Source: Candidatus Omnitrophota bacterium
Lineage (GTDB): Bacteria > Omnitrophota > Gorgyraeia > JABMRN01 > RBG-13-46-9
Direction: 5' to 3'
Assembly: GCA_016927795.1 (NCBI GenBank)
Contig: JAFGLX010000021.1
Coordinates: forward strand, 1 to 38,455
Length of the DNA stretch: 38,455 bases
Position numbers and translations under genes: made by a program. The notes beneath the pieces are model-generated. The model did not search any database, was not told the origin of the DNA, and saw only the letters and a list, made by a program, of their open reading frames with translations. Of the stretch, positions 8,795 to 20,700 are shown one piece after another. Numbering within the stretch: position 1 is the stretch's first letter; each line of letters opens with the position of its first letter.

Positions 8795-11700
8795 GATCCG
8801 GAGATAGGGAAGCCCGATTATTTCCGCCGTAACACGCTACAGGTCCCGTCCATGTTTATACCCCGGACTGATGAGAAAATTCTCGAGGTTACGCTTAACT
8901 ACCTTATGAGCTGTCTCGACCTTCCTGATTTTAAAATCCCTCTGGAAGAGTTTAACTACCGCCTTACTCCCACTGTGGCGGGAGTAGACCTTGAGATGGA
9001 CTTTAGCCCGCCCGATGAGGACGGGAAGAAAAAAACAGGCAAATATAGAGAAGGTGAGAATTGGATTGTACCTTGTTCCACAACTTCACGACGCGGTTGT
9101 CGCTTATATGAAGCGGTCATAGACCCCGCTGGAAATGCTTCCCTTCGAAAACCGGGTATAAAAGACAAGGCGGAAGGAGAGAAAAAGGCACCGCTCGCAG
9201 GACATATAAAAACTACCATCGCGCAGCAAAAACCGAAAGAGCTTGAATTGCCGGACAAACTTCACAGGAAATGGTTAGCCGATTTGCCGCCGGATCCAAA
9301 AATAACAGAAAAGATAGATTGCTATACCGGAATAGTCGAATATTCGCGTTACATAGATACGTTGACCAAATTTATCGGCCGTCATTTAGCGAATATCGCA
9401 GTTTTTTATATCGACTATGAAGGCAAGCGCGTTTTTAAACCGGCTTCGCTATATAATCTTTTTATTTTACTTCCGGTAATATGCGAAAATCTAACCCCTC
9501 TGGTCAATTTACCGCTAATGCTTCGCAGGGAAAAGTCAAGAAAAGAGCAGGAGACATATGTCAAAGAAATATTGGAAGCTTCGGAATCGTTTAAAAAGCA
9601 TTTTGCCCTGTTAAAAGATATGTCCGAAAAAGACTTTTACGAGCAAGCGAAGAAAGCTACTCATAGAGGTACACGGGATGACCCCATACCATGGTCTGAG
9701 AGGAAAGAGCATTTCGTAAAGCTCGTATTCGTAGAAAACGAAAAAGCTTCTTATAACCGGTTCCTTTTCAAAGAATGCATCTTACGAATGGAGGCGGCTT
9801 TCGGAGAAGCGGAAAAACACATCGCCGAGCTTAAAAAAACCACCCCCGATCCCGGGTCGGAGGAGGTTAGAGGCGATGCGGGCGGAGCACGGGTACCGGG
9901 ATGGGTTGCGACAATCAATATGTTTTTAAGATCCGGAATTTTTACGCTGGCGCTGTCAGGCAAATTTACTTGGTTTCGCAAGTTTCGGGAAAGGCTCAAC
10001 GTCTTAGCGGGATGGTTATGGCAGGAAATATCACGATTCGAAAAACAGATGCGGCTAAATAGGCTTATATACACCAATCCAAACATAGTAATCTTGACGA
10101 CAAAAATCACATATGAAGAAAGATGCGCAATAGCAGATAGCTGGTACCATCTTAAGCGCCGCTACAACGAAAAAGCTAATATTATTCTTGCCAGACCGAG
10201 AGATGTCAAAATATATAATAAAAGAATTTATATAACAGGCGGTGCCGTAAAGAGCGATGAAGAATTACCGGAGAGTTTCGGCACGTTTAAAAGCGAAAAA
10301 TTTGCAAGACCCGCCGAAGTTCATTATCTATTCAACCTGCATGATATAGCGGTAAGAGATATTGAGAATGTGGACCTGCCGCTCGAGGCGAATAGAAAGA
10401 TGGTAAACTTTCAAGATGACAAAGAAGAGCAGGTGATGCTGGCTGGAAAAATAGGTATTCCCACAAAAAAGATCATCGGAACATTTCTTGTGTCAGACTT
10501 TGATATTTTAGGAGATAAAATAGAAAAAGTATTTGAAGAAGGGCCGGAAAGTTTGAGAAACAGAGTCAAGGCGGGCGAAAAATTTTATCTCCAGCCAAGT
10601 GACCAATCGCGAAGAAGGATTTCCTGCATTATAAGCAGTGAAGGAGATATTGAAACTGCAAAAAATATTATACTCGGAGCCCTTACGAGCGAGAGTGTCA
10701 AGAAAATGCTGGTGATGGAATATATAACTTCCATACGCCCTAGGGAGGAACTTGCAGAACGCGTTCAAGGACAACAAGATAGAGAACCCCAAGAACTTAT
10801 AAATGACGTACGCATACTGGTAACGCTAAACGACCGGACAGGAAAGCTTGAAATAGGGGCAGCAAAGGTTAATGTCGCAAGGGAGATAAGGAGACAACAA
10901 GAACTTATTCCTGACAGAATGAAAGCGGAGGTAATGACGGCGGAACTCGAAGGGCAGCTTTCCTTAGACAATTTTTTAGCTTATATGCCGCTGGCAGGGC
11001 GTAAAAAAACCTTGTTGAAAGACAGGATAATAGAAGCGGCCATAGAGTATGCCAGGGAAGCGTTTGCAGAGGGAAAGAGGTTTGATACACTTGCGGTGGA
11101 TTTTATTATTTCAGACAAGTTAGATGGTGACGGCGTGCCCGAAGTTTATTTTATCGAATGCGCGACGCATTTCAGCGGCGAACGCCAATATAATTCAATT
11201 ACCCAATACGGATTCAGGGAGAGGCATTTCGCTGTTGCGTGCTCAAGGGCGAAAGCATACCGGAATACTTTGCACCATAAAAGAGCGGACGACGGAAAAT
11301 CTGCCTACCAAGCGGAGCAGCAAGGTAATCCGAAAACCCTGCCAAATACTTTCATAAGATCATCGCATAAGGTTATATCTGGTGGTAAAACAGGTACTTT
11401 ATACACGGCGGACAGGGAGAAAAAGCGTGTTCCGGCCGAAACAAAATTTCCCGTCTGGATAAATACTGAAACTAAAGAAGTAAAGATAGGAGAAAAACCC
11501 GAAGGCGAAAATTGGTGCCCATACACCAGCCTTTTACAGATTTCCAGCCCGCCGGCAAAAAAAGAAAAAGACGCAAACGAGTTTTCTGTTAAATTCGCGG
11601 CGTTTTACGGCCCGCATGGACCCGTTATGCCTGTCATAGACGATAAGGATTGCCTTGAAGGAGGCAAATATTACAGGCAAGCCTTACTCGGCATTAAGAA

Positions 11701-14700
11701 GAAAAAAGGCTTTTTCAAGGGAATCATTCCTATTTTTAAAAAATTAATCAAAGAAGAGGGGTTGTCAAAAGAAAATATAGAGATAACGACCTCGCTATTC
11801 AGCCTGAATCCTATATATACCGCACAAATTTTATATGCGAAAAATGGGAAAAAAATCATAGTGATAAACAAGCCCTTTGTGAGCATGATAGCCTTCCAGC
11901 TAAAATACGGGTATGGGAAAATAACGCTTTCCGATAAAAGGTTAATAGAAGAATCCGGAACCGCAAAGAAAAAGCCGCGTTTTATAACATCAGACATTGT
12001 AACAAGTGAAGTCTATTCTATAGCGCTACATGAGATAAGAGCGCATATCCGATTAAACGAGCCGGAAGTAAAGGCCCAATACAGAAGGGGCAAAAATTAC
12101 AGAAATATAAATATCGCGGCAATAGCGTACTACTGGTCCCTGGCGGCCGAAGGATATGATGAATTGCGTATTAAAAGTTTCTTTGAGGACAACCCACATC
12201 TTGTAGCAAGCGCACTTTCCGCATACTACATAAACGAAATAGACAATATAGAAAAGCAGCGTAAGACGCACGACATCCCGAGGCCTATCCAATACGTTAC
12301 GGTAACTTCAGAGGAATGGATGGCATGGCGAGAGAAGTTTCCGCGGTACGCTGCCGGGTTAACTTCATACGAAGAAATGGCACAAGAGGCCAGCTATATT
12401 CTCAGTAATGAGGCAACGCCAAATGGCGAGACTGGAAGAATAGAGAAAACCTCCGCACCGGAAGCTGCTCACCAGGCAAGAATACCTTATCAAGTTCCGC
12501 GTTCGAAAAGGAAATTTGAGGAAGATATCAAAATAATTCCGCTTGGTGGCGTTGGCGGTTCGGGAGGGAGCTCTTTTTATGTGAAAGCCGGTAAAACCCG
12601 ATGGCTTTTTGACGCGGGACAGGGTGTCGGCGTAAATAGCACGTTTATGCCGCGCTTTGACCTCATAGATGACGGATTGGACTTTATCATAATAACCCAC
12701 GCGCACATGGACCATATAGGATGCTTACCGGAAGCGGTCGCATATTTCGGTGATATCCCAATCTATACCAGCAAAATTACAAAAACAAAAATCAGGCTTA
12801 TGCTGAATGATAGGCATTCGGTTAATGAACGCAGGATAAATCGAAAAATCCTGCCGGGAATCGAGAGTAAAAATACAGAACACGACATATGGTTAGTCGG
12901 CAAAAATATCCGGACAGTCAAGTCGAGTAAATTTTATACCTTAAACGGTGATATAGAAGACGTAAAAATTAAATTTCTGTCTGCCGGACATTTGCTCGGA
13001 GCAAATTCCGTGGAAGTCCATACGCCTTACGGCAACATACTCTACACCGGTGATTTTTCCGCTGCAAAAACACGTACGACAAAAGGCATAGAATCGCCTG
13101 AAACCGCACCGGATATTCTCATCAGCGAATCGACATATGGTGGCAGGCTTAGCAGTAGTTCGCGGGAAGGGCTTGAATATGAGCTGGCAAGCGCTGTTAG
13201 TCGGATTATCAGCGGTGAAGGCACGGTTCTTATTCCGTGTTTCGCTTTGGGCCGCTCTTCAGAGGTTACATTGGCCCTATATGACGCCCGCGAAAAAGGC
13301 CTTGTCCCCAAGGATATGCCGATTTACTTAGACGGGTTGGCAGGAACAATGTTTAGGCTTGATATGGAATCCTGGCATTTGATGCCTGATTTACCTCGGT
13401 TAAAATCAAAGAATATTTTTAGCCCTGAAAATGGAATATTCCGCGTAAGGACAGATGAAGAACGCAGGAAAATAATGAATGAACCATGCTGTATTATCGC
13501 GACATCCGGCATGATGATGGAAGGAACGCTTTCGGCAGATATTTATGCCCCCCACATTTTATCCAGTACTCGTAACGCGTTAATTTTAGTGGGCTATCAG
13601 GCGGAAGGAACGCCCGGACGTAAAATTTCGGAATTGAAAAGAGAGGCAACGATTATTTTAGGCGATACACGCATACCCGTCAAAGCAGAAGTCTTGAGCG
13701 TGCCCCTCTCCGGCCATGCCGGCCACGGCCAGATACTTAATTTTATAAAAGGGATAAACGCAAAGCGTGTTTTATTAGTTCACGGAGATGAGAGTGCCAG
13801 AAAGGCCTTACTGAAAGACTTATCTTTTTCCGGCGGCTCAATCGAAACACCTCAAGTGGGAGAGGAAATTGTTTTAGTGCCGGAAAATAAAACCCGCCGG
13901 AAGAAAGAATTCCGGCAAACAATCGCGTTTCGGCTTGAACGGATAAGAACTAAGCGCAAACCCGCGCAACCATTTCCGCGAAGAGTAAGGCTTACCAAAG
14001 AGGGGCAAGAGGCGGAGAAGAGAATAAGATTTGTCGCGGAATTGGTCGAGAACAAAGACGGATTTTTCAAATTTGGAGACACAGTAACCCATGAACATAG
14101 AGAGTGGGCGGAGCGTATTATAACTTATCTGGAGACCAAAGGGCTTCATATCGGTATGATACGGTATTTCTTCCAGGATTTATTTAAGAACTGGAAAGCG
14201 GCGGGATTACCCGTAATTTATCTTTACGGCAGAAATCCTGCGGAACTTTGGGATCTGCGCGAAAAATCGGCGGATGAGTTACGTACTGTAGCAAACATGT
14301 GGCGCAAAAAAGAGAATAAAGCGAGAATGCTCTTTAAGTGCGCCTTCTTCCCGCTGTGGCTTTTTTGGGTTAGCGGTAAGGTTTTTTTACGGGCAGCCAT
14401 TATAATTCTCAAGCCCCAAAGCCGGATGGATTCGACAAAATTATCCGGCCATAAAGACAGTAATAAAAAGAGAGAAACGTTACCATTAGGGTCCAAAGAC
14501 TTGACCGAAAGGATACGCGTAGTTATGGACTCCATAGAAGAAACAAGGCGTAGAGGTGAAAGACTTGCGGCTATAGCCGAAGAAGCGAAAAGAGATTCCA
14601 GTATCTGGGAAAGGTTAAAACATAGAGGGTTTGTCGAAATCGCGCTTATTACCGTATTAGTGATTGTCGCGGGAGCGCTTATATACTTTGTCAGTGCCGA

Positions 14701-17700
14701 TGTCGAAAATATAAGTAACGGCATGTTAGAGTATTTTACCTCAATAGGAGCAAATGGCAATTTGCCGAAGATTGGCATGGCATTACTCGCATATTTAGTT
14801 TTACTCGGCTCATTTACAGCCAATCTCGGTGATTCGCAAGGAGAGCCAGTAGATGACGAAAAAATAATCGATACCGCTAAATCGTCCTGGTCATATCAGC
14901 TAAAGAGCGCGAACCGGCCCGATTGTCTTACGGTAGACAATGAAGCGGCTATAAGAACGCGGTTAGAAAAAAGCGTATCTCACGAAACCAAAAAAATAGT
15001 ATATGATGCCTTTAAACAATTTCCTAACGATATCTATTGCCTGCCAAGGAAAATGCTTGGCAGGAGAAATGCCTATTTCAGCATGGATTACGGTTTCCTC
15101 TGTTTTGCGGATGAAACGTTCGCCGATATAGGCGCAGACGGAATAATCGGAATCCTGGGGGGAGCGACAAGCCTTTTTAACGAAGGCAGATACGAGGCTA
15201 TTAACGCGTTTTGTGATGAGAAAATAGCGGCTTATTCTGAAGAAAGGAAAGCCAAAGATACCGTTCCTGCCGTAGAAAAACCTGTTACGAAAAAGAAACT
15301 CACCGTGACTGCCCGGATGCCAGAAACGCCTCTTGAAGATTCCCCCGCGCAAAGAATGAAGCCCAAAAAGGTTACCAAACCCGCCGAAACACCCGTGATT
15401 TCGCAAACTGTAACTTCAGAAGCGACACCATCAAAAACACACCCTGCATATGCGCAGCCTGGCGCTGAAAAATCATCTATTCTCCCGGCCATCGTAGATG
15501 TAGGAGGCGGGGAAGACGGTACCATAACCGCGGCTGTACTAAAGATGCGCCTTGCTCATGACGTAGAACGTTTGCTAAAAGGCCGGGGGTGCAGAAATCA
15601 GTTCAGCGTTCGATATGGCCGTTTGACTAACACGGACATATCGGTAGAAGCCGACGTAAGCGATTTAAAAGAGCCTAAATTAAACCTCGCCATTATTTAT
15701 GCATGGGATGAATTAAGTAAGGATGCTCTTTTTAAAATAGCGGTTCTGCCTGACCCACGTACAATAGAGCCGTCCGCGGTGAGGTACAAGGCCGATTTTA
15801 CAAAATATGATGTAAAAACACGCCTTGATGAGGTTAATCCTGAAGTAAATAACCTTTTACCGCTATTTAGCGAAAAGGTAGACGTCTGGAGCAGTAAAAC
15901 AAACAATGAGAAATGGGAATGGTTGGCGGATATAGTTGCGTCATGCCGGAAAATACTGGAGGTACGGCACGGTAAAAGGGAAGATGTCGAGAAGCACTTT
16001 GAAAATTTAAAGCATGAAAACCCTGAACAGGCGGAGGAAATAGACCGGGCAAAAACCTTTATAACCGGCATAATAAAAAAGGAATATGAAGTAACTTTTA
16101 AAATACAGGAAATCATAGAGCGCATAATAGGTTTTGCGGTAAAAGATGAAGTACCGGGCAAATGGGTCAAACAAGCCTTTAATGAGATTATTCCTTTAAC
16201 AGAAAAATGGCCAAGACTCAATCTCGCTTTTAAATCCTATATAAAAATGATATTTTCGGATAGCAAGCCTATGTCTGTCCAAAATGTGGCGAACATGGCG
16301 AACGATCTAAGTAAAATATTGCGTAATGAGAGGATACGTGAAATACCGAATTGCGGGCTTTCGGGGGAGGCCCTGGAGAAATGCTATTATGACGCGGAAC
16401 GCCTGGCCCTTTTGGACATTATCGAGGGTTCGCCAGATGCGCAAACCAGCTTGCATAGAAACGGGGTTCTCGGTATTCTTAAAGAATTTTCCGCTTCTGA
16501 CCGCGTTCCGTCTTACCGCCTTCTTAAGTCTGCCGTTGACGTATGTTACGGCACTATAGACCTTGTAACTAACGAAGTGTTTACCGAACTTATCAGGGAA
16601 AATTCACATGTAGAACGAGAGGATATAAAGGAACTTGATATACCTCTGGGAGGAATGGGTATTCTAATTTTGAAAAAAGACCATTCTTCCGGAGAAGATA
16701 AATATAAAATAAAACGTTATATAGAAGGCGCAGGCAACCTTATTTATCCGACAATAATAAGCGCAAGTTACCAACCTTACTGTTTTAAAGGGGAAGAATG
16801 GTATGATAAAGGTGATGCAGCCGTATTTTTATATCCTTCTTGTGGGGAGTGCCCGAACATGGAACAAATGACGATGTTTATGGAGGATTATTTCTATTTC
16901 TGCTTGAGGACCTCGACCTTCCCCGATGTCATGATGGGGGCCGTAGATTCAAATGGAAACGTATTCGCCAGGCGTCTGAACATATCGCCGGGAGACATAG
17001 AAGACTGGTATAAGGTAACGCGCTACGTTACTATAGGTTGCGGGCTTTTTAACACAAGATTGAGAAGACCCCTTGAGATGGACCTTGCCGTAAAAGCATG
17101 CAACGACATTGAGGCTTTGCCCGTAGAAGAAGAAAGAGATAGAACGGGGGTAAGCGTAACATCCGGAGGACGCGCTTTCTCCTGGGAGATGAAAAAGAGT
17201 AAGTTTAGAAGTATCGTAACCCGCATCGTCGGCAGGATCAAAGGGTTTACTAAAATTTTAGAAAACGGTTTTAGAGCTTACGGAATTAGCAGGCGAAATA
17301 TAGAATCCCATCTTAGGGCAATACAAAGGCGCATTCCGGATGGATGGAAAATATTAAGCAATTTCGAAATGTACACGCCGGACAGAGCGCCAGATATGGA
17401 CCTCTTGGATGTGCAATTACCGCTTATCTTACATAAGCTTATTATAGCAACCGGCGAGGAAACAGCGCTTTATGCGTACAATAACAGGACATTTTTCGAG
17501 CCGGTTTTTCTGGAGAAGCTTTCCGCAAAAGATGAGGCGGGATGCAGAGAACGCCGGCAAGCGCAAAAGAAAAAAGAACGAAGGGAGACCGCTCTTACGT
17601 TGCAAGGTATACGGAAAACGGATATACATAACCCCGAAGAAGTAATCCTCGCCCTTAATAAGTGTTCCGACATGCTCGCAAACGGGATGGAACCCAAATT

Positions 17701-20700
17701 CAGCGAAGAACTTTGTAAAATACGCGCGCAACTTGCAGAAAAGTTTTTCTCAGTACTGCTTAAGGAAATTGATGACCTTTTTGAAGAATTTAAAAGCGGA
17801 AGGAACTTTGACACAGGCTCAATATACGGTTTACTGAATAGATGCAGAACTGCGCCGGAAATAGCCGTCTATAATGAAGGTGCAGAATCAGATTTACTGC
17901 ATCTGGTAGATATAGCTACGAAAAAATTAAGTATTATCGATATATATGCCGGAAGTAAAAACTATGCGGAGCATCTTCTGGAAATCGAGGAAATAAGCCC
18001 CGATGTTATAAATGAGGCTACAGGTTTTATACAAGAAGCCGATAGTTGTGTAGAAGGGCTCGATGAGGGAGAAGAGGCTCCGGTTTTAGACAGGTTTGCC
18101 GAACTTAAGAACGATTTTAGGGAAAAACTTAAATATTTGATCAGACACGACATGGAGAAGGTTTACGCGGACGGAAGATTGGCTGACACCGTCCAACTCG
18201 AAGACCTATCCAGGCTTCTATCGCGCCTTTCGCTTATGTGCGAGTTGTTTAAAAACATAAGCGAAAATTCAAGAATAGAGGAATATCGCCGTTTCGAGAA
18301 AATGCGGTTGATAACGCAAGCTGTTATGGAAAGAGAGGCCGCGTATAAGGCGTTAGAGGCGCAAGCGCCCGCAAAAATGTCTGAAGAATTGATGTTAAAA
18401 AGAGGCGAACAATTTTCGGTTTATCACCGCTATACGGGTAGAAGGGTGGACATAGTCTTCAACGGAATAATAAGAGAAACTATCCAAACAGGAGACTACA
18501 AAGGTAAAGAAATCCGGCTTGCCCATTTTACTGTTAAACCTCCTTATGGCTTTATCCCGGTAAGCGGCAACGAGCTGGCATATTCACAGCGCAAACGCGA
18601 AAACTGGCGTTATCCCGGATTGGAAAAGTCTCTTGCGGAACACAAAAAGGCCATAGATACAATGTATTCCTTTTTAACAGAACAAGAAATTAAATGTTCC
18701 GAGCGCCCGGGTAAGTCAGGTGTAAATAACCAGTTTTGGCTATTTGTCCCGAATATATTTGAAGAAATAATAAAAGACAAAAGTGTTGTTGCAGGAGAAA
18801 CAGATTCAGAGGGTTCGATACCATTCAGTAGAGTAGCCAGGGATGCCGGTTTATCGATAGAAATCAGTTTATTGCGCGAATCAAGCATAGGGGGTGAGGA
18901 AGTATATATAAATATATCTGATAAGTTAGACCAGTATGACTTCGAAGCGCTTGAGGTAAGCGCTCCAGTAGCAAGGACAAAACCGCGAGGAAAACCCGCG
19001 TCTAGGATTTCAACAGTAACCGGCGTATCAGGGGTATCCGAGAAAAAAAGCTTACATATTTCGGATGGAATACCGCAAATGGAAACCCCTTCCGATACCC
19101 CGAAGATGCGTTTTACAGACGACGACGAGAGGGAAGCAAGAGATTTCCAGCAGGGCAGAGGACGCTTCTTTAAGACACCGAAAATAAGAACTATACATAG
19201 GGCCGGAAAAAGAGCCGCAAAAAGAGATGATGCGCAACCCGCAAAGAAGGGGAGAAAAACCGGCGAAATCCAAGAATTACAACCATTTATTAACGACGTA
19301 CAAAGAATACTAACAGATGCGGGATATGAAAATGGGCTTAACGGACTTAGCCGTGTGGAAGAAAGAGAGCTTTTTGAAAAGCATACCGGAGAATCCGTGA
19401 ATCTTCTTGTCTACTCGCAACTTTTGTGGATTATAAAAATCGCGTGGTACTATTGCGAAAAGAATTATGGCGTACATATAATGGATTTAGTTCATAGCGG
19501 TATGGACACTGTAAGAAATATTTTGACCAATAAACATCCGTCTGCATCAAGGTTTGACCCGACAAAAGGCAAACTCAGCACTTTTACTACACAATTCATC
19601 CACTGGGGAATGATGAGTTTCCTCGAAAACGAAAACCGCCTCCCCAATATCGACGACTTTGCGTTTTTTGGAACAGGCAGGGATATTTCTTCTCTCGAAG
19701 CGTCACCGCTTCACAAGGAGAGGGTTAAGCAACTTTTTCGTTACCTTAATGACCGGGAAGAGGAGATAATAAAGTTATTTTTTGGGCTGAACGGCAACCC
19801 TTCATTGTCCACCGAGGAGATCAGCGTTCTTTACAGACATTGTATTTCTCCGGTTACTGTTGAGAAGAAAGTGAGTACAATTGTAACAAAACTCTGCCTT
19901 TTGGGAACAAGCGGCGAAAATTCTCTCAAAATACTTAACGAGGATGAGAAAAAACACCTTTTTTCGCTTAAGACAATCCGCATGGTAGAGGATTTCGTAA
20001 GTGACCCGGACAAAAGAGCGACTTTAGATCCACGCGATTGCGAGATTCTCGAATTGCATTATGGCCTTTCGGGTGAAAAGCCAATGGGCTTTCGGGAAAT
20101 GGGAGGGCGTTTTCATCTTAGCAAGACCCGCCCGTCGCAGTTGTGCGCAAGGGCAATGGCTAAAATAAGAGAAAGTTACGAATCTGCGTGGGAAAATATA
20201 AGTCGTTCAACGGGCATAACGGAAGAAGGCATGCGTGAGGCTTACGGCAGGGCAAAGGAAAAAATCCAGCCTAAAGACAGTCTTTTGAGGGCTGAGCGCG
20301 CGCTTCCTGCGTTGGACGAATTCGTATCGGAATTATCCAAAACGGCCCGTTATATCACTGAAAATATAGCCGAGCTTCTTATAGCGCACTATAATTTAAG
20401 GCATCCGGTCGACACTCTGGATTTCCACCAATATTCTATGCCGAAAAAGATAACCCTTGAAGGTGACGAGGAGCTTAACTTTGAAAATGTCGTGAATTTT
20501 ATAGAAAACAAGGAAGGATTGACGAGCTGGGAGGATATAGCCGGATATTTCAACGCTTCCGGCGAAAGGGTGACCGTCAGGCGATTAAAAAAGAACTTTT
20601 ACGCTAAATTAAAGGAATACGCCAATTCCCAGCGCGAAAAACACAGGCTGGGCGTCCCGGACGGCGTTATTCCCCTCGTCTATGACAGAAAATACACGGA

